Part shown: positions 56,913 to 64,000 of the stretch, piece after piece
How positions within the stretch are numbered: the first letter of the stretch is position 1
How the letters are laid out: every line of letters begins with the position of its first letter
Source: Candidatus Heimdallarchaeum aukensis
Lineage (GTDB): Archaea; Asgardarchaeota; Heimdallarchaeia; Heimdallarchaeales; Heimdallarchaeaceae
Length of the DNA stretch: 64,000 bases
NCBI GenBank assembly: GCA_021513695.1
Contig: CP084166.1
Location: 32,001-96,000, forward strand
Reading direction: 5' to 3'
The notes under the pieces: generated by a model
What the model was told of the DNA's origin: nothing
Database searches by the model: none
Seen by the model: only the letters and a program-made list of their open reading frames with translations
Position numbers and translations under genes: made by a program

Positions 56913-58769
56913 ATGAATAAAATAAATATTATATTAACCTATTTAGTGGTTTCTAGTTTTCTTATCCTCTCTGGATCTGTTTATGCTGCCGATGTTTCTG
57001 GTTCAACAATTGAAGCTTCACCTTCTGATATTTATGAGTATCAGATAACTAGTATTACTGTTACTTCAAAGAATGGAGTAGGTACTGCACTTGGAGGAGT
57101 AACTGTAAATATCTCTGCTCAAGAAGGTTCCTTTGTTGAAAATGAGATGAAGTACATAATCTTAACTACAAATGACAATGGTATTGCTTCCGCTGATTGG
57201 AAAGCTCCTGAAGCTAAGAGTGCAGTAGAAGCTAAAGAAGTTACAATAACTGCTGTATTCACTTCTGGTAGTGATACAGCTACAAAAGAATTAAATGTAA
57301 CTGTTCATCCTCTTTCTTTTGATACAAGTACTATAACTATAAGCCCAGATCCAGTTTACGAGACACAGAATTCAACTATTGAGATAACTGCAAAAGGTAC
57401 ATACGGAACCATTGCAGAAGCAAATGTTCATCTAACTTGTGACGATGGAGTGTTTCCAGATTCTGATACTTTCGAGATAGATGTCCAAACAGATTCAGAT
57501 GGAAAAGTTCAAGTTATCTGGAATGCTGATTTAACTACATTAGTTTCTGAACTAAACTATGTTAACTTTACTGCTACAGTAACTTATAGCGGTTCTACAG
57601 CCACTAAAGACTTGACTGGAACTATTTATGTTAATGAACTAGATTTGAGTAGTTCAACAATGGTTGCGTCAAGTACGGATGTAGGAGGAGGGACACATGT
57701 TTCTATTGTTGTTACTGCAGAGGGAGCTTTAGGAGTGATTTCTAACGCAAGAGTAGAGTTAGACGCTCTTGATGGTAAATTCTCCAATAACGAACAAGAT
57801 ATTACAGGATATACTAACTCTTCAGGAATGTATGAGACAGAATGGATAGCTCCTGATGTTTCAAATGCTATTGACATTATAATCTCAGGAACAGTTTCTG
57901 TTGATAACACTCTCGCAACTAAGGATCTAGATGATATAACAATTACTGTTAATCCTATAGTTCACAACTTCACAATAAGTTTAGATGCAAATGCTACAGA
58001 AATAACAGCTGGAGAACCTGTAGAATTAACTGTAACTTTGACTAATGAATTAGGTTATACTGTAGAAGATGCAGAGATTACTTTCAATGCTATGGAAGGA
58101 GAATTTGTAGGTTTTGATGCTCTAACTGCTAAGATTAACAGTTCATCTGAAGGAATTGCTTCTGTAGTATGGAATACAACTGATTTATCTCCACCAATAC
58201 CTAATGGACAGGATTATCCTATAACTATTAATATAGTTAAAGAATTCTATAATTCTGAAGAAGATTCAATAGATATACATGTTAATCCTATTATCCTTAA
58301 ACTAAGCTCTAGCACTACTCCAGATAAGACAACTATAACTCAAGGAGAAAATGTTACATTTACTGTTTTTGTTAGTGCTGGAGAACAAGGAGTAGAAGGA
58401 GCAACTGTAACTATAACCGCTCTAGCAGGTACTTTTGCCAGCAGTGGGAATCAAATTACTTCACTAGAAACAAATTCCACTGGATATGTTACTTTTGTAT
58501 GGATAACAGAAGATATGACAGTAACAACTGCAAAGAACTATACATTTACTATCGATGCAGCCCTTCCAGGATATGATTCATCAGAACAAGAAACAGTTAC
58601 TATATTAGTTAATCCAGTTGATACAGGAGGAGCAGAACCTACACAAACTACTACTCCTACAGGAGGATTGTCTACAATGACTAAACTAGGTATCCTTCTT
58701 GGAGCACTTGGAGGAGTGGTTCTATTAGGAGGTTTAGGTTACTTCTTAATTAGTAGACGAGGTATATAA
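56913..58769 (+). CDS. Secreted surface protein with about 5-6 tandem Ig-like (Big/invasin-like) domains, T/P-rich stalk and C-terminal TM anchor
   Basis: 618-aa ORF. Signal peptide INIILTYLVVSSFLILSGSVYAADVSG. Repeated ~100-aa beta-sandwich modules (TKDLTGTIYVN..., TKDLDDITITVNP..., SIDIHVNPI...). C-terminus PTQTTTPTGGLSTMTKLGILLGALGGVVLLGGLGYFLISRRGI. Stop is 1 nt before the next gene. Confidence 0.8.
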   Translation: MNKINIILTYLVVSSFLILSGSVYAADVSGSTIEASPSDIYEYQITSITVTSKNGVGTALGGVTVNISAQEGSFVENEMKYIILTTNDNGIASADWKAPEAKSAVEAKEVTITAVFTSGSDTATKELNVTVHPLSFDTSTITISPDPVYETQNSTIEITAKGTYGTIAEANVHLTCDDGVFPDSDTFEIDVQTDSDGKVQVIWNADLTTLVSELNYVNFTATVTYSGSTATKDLTGTIYVNELDLSSSTMVASSTDVGGGTHVSIVVTAEGALGVISNARVELDALDGKFSNNEQDITGYTNSSGMYETEWIAPDVSNAIDIIISGTVSVDNTLATKDLDDITITVNPIVHNFTISLDANATEITAGEPVELTVTLTNELGYTVEDAEITFNAMEGEFVGFDALTAKINSSSEGIASVVWNTTDLSPPIPNGQDYPITINIVKEFYNSEEDSIDIHVNPIILKLSSSTTPDKTTITQGENVTFTVFVSAGEQGVEGATVTITALAGTFASSGNQITSLETNSTGYVTFVWITEDMTVTTAKNYTFTIDAALPGYDSSEQETVTILVNPVDTGGAEPTQTTTPTGGLSTMTKLGILLGALGGVVLLGGLGYFLISRRGI

Positions 58770-58770
58770 T

Positions 58771-61494
58771 ATGTTTAGGAAGAAGAGAGGAGTTTCTCCT
58801 GTAATTGCAGTTGTTCTGATACTTGGTCTTACCTTAGCTGCAACTGCAATTGTTTTTCTAGTTGTACTTCCAATGGTAAATCAAAGAAATGCTCCTGAGT
58901 TATACATTGATGAGACTTCAGCACCTTTGTTTATGGATTACGATAATGATGGAAAATGTGACTATATAACTGTCCAAGTTGGAAATATCGGTGGGAGTGC
59001 GTTTAATGTTACTAATATAACGATCGTAGCTTCCAAAGATAGTTCGTCCAACTTCTACACTTGGGAGTTAATGGATAATGTAAATGGGACAATAGGTGTA
59101 AATGATCGTGTTCTATTAAAGATGAGGGCTGCTGTAGATGATACTGATGAAATAGATGATGGTTCAAGTCTAATTTTAACACTAATAAATGACCAATATA
59201 TTGTAGGTCTAGAACTTGGGACAATTACTGTTGAACAAGGAGAACCACTATCTATTGAATTTACTGATTCTTCAGGAGATCCTGTTGTTGGTTCTAATAT
59301 TTATTTCTACTATTCCACAGGAGAATTTGCTTACACAGGGGAACCAACATCTGTTAGTGGTGTTTCAAACACTTATCTATTTCCAGGGACTTACTATGCA
59401 AAAGCTCAATCTGGAATGCAATTCTACACCACAGATGTTTTTATTCATCCAGGAACACCCCAATTACATTTAGAGATGTCTGGAGGAACTTTAACTGTTA
59501 AAGTTAAATCAGGTACAACACCTTTAAGTGGTGTAAGAACTTATTTGTATGATACCTATAGCCATTATTTGAATAAATACTCTGATACTAATGTTGATGG
59601 ACTAGCTACTTATTCTCTTGATGATGGAGTGTATAAGATCAGAGCAGATGTTTCTGGAATAGTCTATTATTCAGAAAATATAAACTTCCCAAATACAACT
59701 TATATAGAAATTGACACAGGAGGAGGTACTGTTTATGCTCACGTAATTGATGGAGGAAATAATCCAATAGTCAACACTCGTGTCTATCTTTTCACCTCAA
59801 GTGGAAGCTACACTGGTAAATACGGTAACACCAATGCTACAGGGTATGCTGAATTTGCTGCAGTTTCAGGAGGAACTAATTATAAGTTTAGAGTAGATTA
59901 CTTGGCTTATAGAATCTGGAGTCAAACCTTTGGAGCTTCAGATGGGGCAGTTATTGATGTTAATGTAGGAGGAGGAACAATATATGTCAATGTAACTGAT
60001 GGTGACGGCAATCCAATAAAGAACACTCGTACATATCTCTTTACTTCAAGCGGAAGTTATACTGGTAAATACTCGAATACAAATACAAGTGGAATAGCCA
60101 CTTACAGCTCTATAGCTGCTGGAGATTACAAGATTAGAATTGACTATCTTGCTCAAAGATTCTGGAGCCCAGTTTTCACTGCTTCAAATGGATTAATAGT
60201 TAATGCATCTATAGGAGGAGGAACACTTTATGGAAATATTACTGTGGCTGGAAATGCTTTAGTTAACACTCGTGTTTATCTTTTCACTTCAAGTGGAAGT
60301 TATACCGGTAAATATGGAAATACAAATGCTTCTGGAATAGTAACATTTGTTGGAATAGGCACTTCTAACTATAAGTTAAGGGTAGATTACCAAGCAGATC
60401 GTCATTGGTCAGATGTTTTCTATTTCAATGAAACAATGGTTTATCACTTTGAACTAGGTGGAGGAACAGTTTATGCCAATGTCACTGCTGGAGGGGTACC
60501 AGTTGTCAATACTAGAGTCTATGTATTCACTGATAGCGGAAGTTATACAGGAACTTATGCAAACACTAATGCTTCAGGAATAGCAACATTCAACACATTA
60601 AGCAGTGGAGACTACAAATTCAGAGTTGACTACCTCGCAAAAAGATTCTGGAGTGATGTATTCACTGCCAGTGATGGTTTAGTTGTAGATGTTGATTTAG
60701 GTGGAGGAACAATATATGTCCATTTGACTAATACCTATGGTGTAGATATTGCTAATGTACGTCTCTATCTCTTCACTTCAAGTGGAAGCTACACAGGTAA
60801 GTATACAAACACAAATGCTACGGGTTGGGGAGTTTTTGCAGGAATAGGAGAATCAGACTATAAAGTACGTGCAGACTATCTAGCAAAAAGATACTGGTCA
60901 AACGTATTTACTGCAACCGACGGATTAAATGTAGATTTCAATATAGGTGGAGGAATAGTTTGGTTACATGTGTTTGACGGAAGTGGGACAAATATAAGCG
61001 GACCAAGAGCTTATCTCTTTACTGAGAGCGGAAGTTATACTGGAATCTACAGAAACCTGGATGCTAATGGATATCTGAACTTTACTGGAATAGGTGATGG
61101 TAACTTCAAATGGAGAGTCGACTATCTTGCAAAAAGATTCTGGTCTGATGTTTTCTCTGCGACAAACGGTACAACTTTAGAATTCAACATCGGTGGAGGA
61201 ACAATATACGTTCATCTAACAGTTAATGGTGCTGATGTTAATAACGGAAGAATATACTTGTTTACAGATACTGGTAGTTATACTGGAAAATATGCAAATA
61301 CAAACTCTACAGGTTGGGCAGTGTTCTATGGAATTGGAGCAGGAGATTATAAGTTGAGATATGATTATGATGGAACACGTTATTGGAAGAATTTCTCCGC
61401 AGATGCAGATTTACAGGTAGGGTTTGCTATTGTAACCACAATGACCCTTTCTGTATTAACAGTTCAACCTTCTAAGTCAAAAGAAAATTATTAA
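58771..61494 (+). CDS. Large (907 aa) protein with archaeal class III (type IV pilin-like) signal peptide and 8 tandem ~83-aa beta-sandwich (carboxypeptidase-regulatory-domain-like) repeats
   Basis: N-terminus MFRKKRGVSPVIAVVLILGLTLAATAIVFLVVLPMV matches the archaeal pilin/class III signal pattern ([KR]-G-[VA]-S-P-V-I-A + hydrophobic). Eight repeats such as GGGTIYVNVTDGDGNPIKNTRTYLFTSSGSYTGKYSNTNTSGIATYSSIAAGDYKIRIDYLAQRFWSPVFTASNGLIVNASI. Confidence 0.85.
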   Translation: MFRKKRGVSPVIAVVLILGLTLAATAIVFLVVLPMVNQRNAPELYIDETSAPLFMDYDNDGKCDYITVQVGNIGGSAFNVTNITIVASKDSSSNFYTWELMDNVNGTIGVNDRVLLKMRAAVDDTDEIDDGSSLILTLINDQYIVGLELGTITVEQGEPLSIEFTDSSGDPVVGSNIYFYYSTGEFAYTGEPTSVSGVSNTYLFPGTYYAKAQSGMQFYTTDVFIHPGTPQLHLEMSGGTLTVKVKSGTTPLSGVRTYLYDTYSHYLNKYSDTNVDGLATYSLDDGVYKIRADVSGIVYYSENINFPNTTYIEIDTGGGTVYAHVIDGGNNPIVNTRVYLFTSSGSYTGKYGNTNATGYAEFAAVSGGTNYKFRVDYLAYRIWSQTFGASDGAVIDVNVGGGTIYVNVTDGDGNPIKNTRTYLFTSSGSYTGKYSNTNTSGIATYSSIAAGDYKIRIDYLAQRFWSPVFTASNGLIVNASIGGGTLYGNITVAGNALVNTRVYLFTSSGSYTGKYGNTNASGIVTFVGIGTSNYKLRVDYQADRHWSDVFYFNETMVYHFELGGGTVYANVTAGGVPVVNTRVYVFTDSGSYTGTYANTNASGIATFNTLSSGDYKFRVDYLAKRFWSDVFTASDGLVVDVDLGGGTIYVHLTNTYGVDIANVRLYLFTSSGSYTGKYTNTNATGWGVFAGIGESDYKVRADYLAKRYWSNVFTATDGLNVDFNIGGGIVWLHVFDGSGTNISGPRAYLFTESGSYTGIYRNLDANGYLNFTGIGDGNFKWRVDYLAKRFWSDVFSATNGTTLEFNIGGGTIYVHLTVNGADVNNGRIYLFTDTGSYTGKYANTNSTGWAVFYGIGAGDYKLRYDYDGTRYWKNFSADADLQVGFAIVTTMTLSVLTVQPSKSKENY
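59482..61440 (+). repeat. Eight near-tandem coding repeats, unit 243-249 nt, encoding the ~83-aa modules of the pilin-signal protein
   Basis: Recurrent unit starts (ggaggagga/ggtggagga...ac..t.tatg..) at 59482, 59719, 59968, 60214, 60457, 60700, 60946 and 61192. Spacings are 237/249/246/243/243/246/246 nt. Confidence 0.85.
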
Positions 61495-61496
61495 TT

Positions 61497-61530
61497 ATCT
61501 CTTTCTTTTTTCTTTTTTCCTTTTGCAATT
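61497..61530 (+). terminator. T-rich terminator-like tract after the pilin-signal repeat-protein gene
   Basis: ttatctctttcttttttcttttttccttttgc after stop 61494. Confidence 0.35.
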
Positions 61531-61570
61531 CTATTTATAAGAAATTGTTTGTTATAAATTCTCTTAAAAA

Positions 61571-62638
61571 TTAATTTTTGTTTTTGATTTCGTTTACTCT
61601 TCTATAGGGGTAAATAGGTATTTCTTCTAAACAGTTAGGACATTTTAAATCTACTGTCATATTGGTATAAGTTACTGACATTAGATCTCTCTTTACTAAA
61701 AGTTCAGAGCAAATAGGACAAAAAGTATTCTGTAGAGGATGACCAGGAACATTTCCGAGATAAACATACTTCAATCCTTCATTTTTTGCAATAGAATGAA
61801 CTTTTTGAAGAGTATCTATTGGAGTTGCAGGTATTTCAAACAAATAATGTGGAAAATATCTAATAAAATGAACTGGTGTATAAATTGAAAGATTTTGTTT
61901 TATTTTTTCTACAAATTCTATAATTTGTTCTTCTTCATCGTTAAATTCTGGAATAACTAGATATACAATCTCTATATGGACGCCAGATTGATAGGCTGAT
62001 TTAACATTTTTCCAGATTTTTTCAAATTTAACATCAAGATTATGTTCTATTTTTTCACTAATTCCCTTAAAAGAGACCGTCATTCCGTTCATTCCAGCAT
62101 CTATGAGTAAATCTAAAGCATAAGGTGACATATATCCATTTGTCACATAGTGTTTGTAATAGGTAGGATCAATATTCTTGAAAACATCAACAGTATATTC
62201 TAATGAGAGCGTAGGCTCATTGAAAGAAAAAGAAATTCCTTGAATACTAGGGTTTGTTCTAATAGTTTCAATGACTCTCTCAATAGAAAGAAGACTAGAA
62301 TTAAGAAAATCTTGCGGAGGAGGACGTTTTGAAATTTCAAAATTCTGGCAAAATTCACAAGGAAAATTACATCCCCAAGAACCAAGAGTAAGAGCTGTGG
62401 ACGTTGGATAGTAATGATAAGCAGGTTTTTTTTCTATTGGATTTAAGTTATAGCTTGAAATATCTGAATATTCAATACTATATAGCTTTCCTTCATAATT
62501 TGCTCTTACCTTGCAGTAACCTAGTTCTCCTTTTTCTATAATGCAAAATCTGTTACAAGTTAGACACTGTACTTTAGAATCATCGAGTTTTTTGTATAAG
62601 TAAGCTTCTTTAATTCTTGGGTCAGTCATAGAGTTCAT
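61571..62638 (-). CDS. Radical SAM enzyme, AmmeMemoRadiSam-system type (pyruvate-formate-lyase-activase-like)
   Basis: 355-aa ORF. N-terminal Cys cluster CLTCNRFCIIEKGELGYC. Canonical Cx3Cx2C in GSWGCNFPCEFCQNFEIS. Overall TIGR04337-like layout. Confidence 0.7.
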   Translation of the reverse strand: MNSMTDPRIKEAYLYKKLDDSKVQCLTCNRFCIIEKGELGYCKVRANYEGKLYSIEYSDISSYNLNPIEKKPAYHYYPTSTALTLGSWGCNFPCEFCQNFEISKRPPPQDFLNSSLLSIERVIETIRTNPSIQGISFSFNEPTLSLEYTVDVFKNIDPTYYKHYVTNGYMSPYALDLLIDAGMNGMTVSFKGISEKIEHNLDVKFEKIWKNVKSAYQSGVHIEIVYLVIPEFNDEEEQIIEFVEKIKQNLSIYTPVHFIRYFPHYLFEIPATPIDTLQKVHSIAKNEGLKYVYLGNVPGHPLQNTFCPICSELLVKRDLMSVTYTNMTVDLKCPNCLEEIPIYPYRRVNEIKNKN

Positions 62639-62786
62639 TCAAATAAACAGTAAAGAAAAATGATATTTAAATCAATTGTTCAACTTTGTTTTCTAAAAAA
62701 TCCATTAACTTTTTCTTTATAGAAAGAAGTAAAAACAGCAAGCTCTATTCTGAGTAACAAAAGAAAAAAAGTGTTAATTAGTAAGA

Positions 62787-63404
62787 TTATCTGGCTTTTC
62801 TAATCATTCCCCATACTTGAACATTTGAATTAGGAATCTTTTCAGAAATAGCAACCTCGAAACCAAAATGCTCGTAGAGTGAAATGTTTTCCTCGTTTTC
62901 TGTTTCTAAATAACAAATCTCCTTTTGGGAATCAAAGAAATCTAATGCAGGTCTTAGCAACTTTGAAGCGAATCCTTTGTTCTGGTGCGGAGGATCTACA
63001 GCAATTGAATTTAAATACCAGTGTGGACTATCTATTGCTCTTTCATGTATTTCATCAATAAACTTTTGCATTTTCATTGGTTTTCTCCAATTCATAATAA
63101 AAGGGATGATATATCCTTTACTCTTTAATAAAGCCAAAATGTTGTCTTTCTCTTTTTTTGGAGGAGTTAGAACCATTAAACCTTCAATTTTTTTGGATGT
63201 AGCCACAATATAACCATAATTCATCGCGTAATTTAAGCTGACGTAAAACATGTAGTACATTTTTTTTCTTTTTTTAATGTTAGGAAATAGGTACTTAAAT
63301 AAAGGATCTTCAAAAAAAGCCCTTGTTAGAACGGTACAAGCTTTTTTAATATCTTTTTTTTTGACCGTGTATAGAGAGTCAAAAAATAATGAATTATTTT
63401 TCAT
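62787..63404 (-). CDS. GNAT-family N-acetyltransferase
   Basis: 205-aa ORF with acetyl-CoA motif A-like IAVDPPHQNKGFASKLLRPAL and C-terminal YEHFGFEV. Confidence 0.65.
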   Translation of the reverse strand: MKNNSLFFDSLYTVKKKDIKKACTVLTRAFFEDPLFKYLFPNIKKRKKMYYMFYVSLNYAMNYGYIVATSKKIEGLMVLTPPKKEKDNILALLKSKGYIIPFIMNWRKPMKMQKFIDEIHERAIDSPHWYLNSIAVDPPHQNKGFASKLLRPALDFFDSQKEICYLETENEENISLYEHFGFEVAISEKIPNSNVQVWGMIRKAR

Positions 63405-63488
63405 TAATTTAATTTCTCTTCTTAAAATAATAAACTGTTCCTTGAAATGAAATTATTTAAATCAAAAATAAAAAAAAGAAAAGTGTTA

Positions 63489-64000
63489 TTAGTTCAGATA
63501 GAAGTAAGCACCTGTGTTTCCGTCAAATTGTTGGGGTGTGTCTCCACCGCTGTAAGGATAAGCGTTGAGGGCATAGTTGAATATTGTTTCTAATGCTGTA
63601 GAAGAAGATCCTCCGTAGTAGTTAATCCAGGAGTATTCCAAGAAGTAATATGTCCATGCTCCATTTTGATGTGTAGAATCATCATATCCATAACCGTTTT
63701 CTGTACAAGTTGTTGTTAAGTAAACGTTGCTTTTATTGGGCATGTTCATTAAGTTATCTCCAAAACCGCCACTGAAACAATGATCCAAGAAAACGAATAT
63801 TTTCTCAGCTACTGCATCATCTAGTATTACAGCTAGTTCGGTATCATAAAGGCTACCATCTTCTCCGTTTTCTCCAGAGTTGCAGTCCCACATGCATAAG
63901 TAAGAGCTTCCAGAACCATCTCCAGAACCATGTCCTGAGCTTATGTAAGCAATAACATCATCTGCATCAGCGGTGCCAACTAGCCAGTTTAGAGCTTGTT
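63489..64000 (-). CDS. Clan CD (caspase/gingipain-like) cysteine peptidase domain protein, 5' end beyond window (partial)
   Basis: The minus-strand frame stays open to the window edge (...VGTADADDVIAYISSGHGSGDGSGSSYLCMWDCNSGE...). His-Gly dyad context (ISSGHGS) and catalytic Cys context (VFLDHCFSGGF) match the caspase-like fold order His...Cys. Confidence 0.55.
   Translation of the reverse strand, partial: QALNWLVGTADADDVIAYISSGHGSGDGSGSSYLCMWDCNSGENGEDGSLYDTELAVILDDAVAEKIFVFLDHCFSGGFGDNLMNMPNKSNVYLTTTCTENGYGYDDSTHQNGAWTYYFLEYSWINYYGGSSSTALETIFNYALNAYPYSGGDTPQQFDGNTGAYFYLN

Noticed and set aside
59482-61440. CRISPR array
   Set aside because: The repeats are 243-249 nt long, protein-coding and in frame, with no short repeat/spacer alternation. 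No cas genes are nearby.

Overview
AT-rich, gene-dense archaeal chromosome segment, by eye about 30-35% G+C. Archaeal hallmarks are a class III (type IV pilin-like) signal peptide, aspartate dehydrogenase NadX, an eIF-2B-like isomerase and an M42/TET peptidase. An Arf/Sar-like and a Rab/Ras-like small GTPase, integrin-like FG-GAP propellers and thrombospondin type 3 Ca-binding repeats are seen in sequence; from that eukaryote-signature set I infer an Asgard (Lokiarchaeia-like) origin, which is not proven from sequence alone. Housekeeping content: an NAD biosynthesis cluster (nadX, nadC, nadA, and an NAD kinase fused to a wHTH domain), IscS/IscU, an ABC importer with a PhoU-like DUF47 neighbour, two-component signalling parts, MFS/DMT transporters and methionine-salvage-like enzymes. 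The striking part is cell-surface content. (i) A convergent pair of beta-helix plus TSP3-repeat surface proteins (259-6614). (ii) A translationally coupled operon (TAATG stop/start overlap) for a 2,073-aa protein (orphan ~1,100-aa helical domain, membrane segment, ~750 aa of TSP3 repeats) and a 2,669-aa protein (three FG-GAP propeller clusters plus an Asp-box/BNR domain), followed by a Ras-superfamily GTPase. (iii) An Ig-like domain protein plus a 907-aa protein with an archaeal pilin-type signal peptide and eight tandem ~83-aa repeats encoded by 243-249-nt near-tandem DNA units. Other notable items: a ~220-nt G/C-rich codon-usage island inside the giant gene; a DMT transporter fused to an Lrp/AsnC RAM sensor domain next to a stand-alone RAM protein; a truncated serine recombinase with orphan neighbours that may mark a mobile-element remnant. 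No rRNA, tRNA or CRISPR arrays were found.
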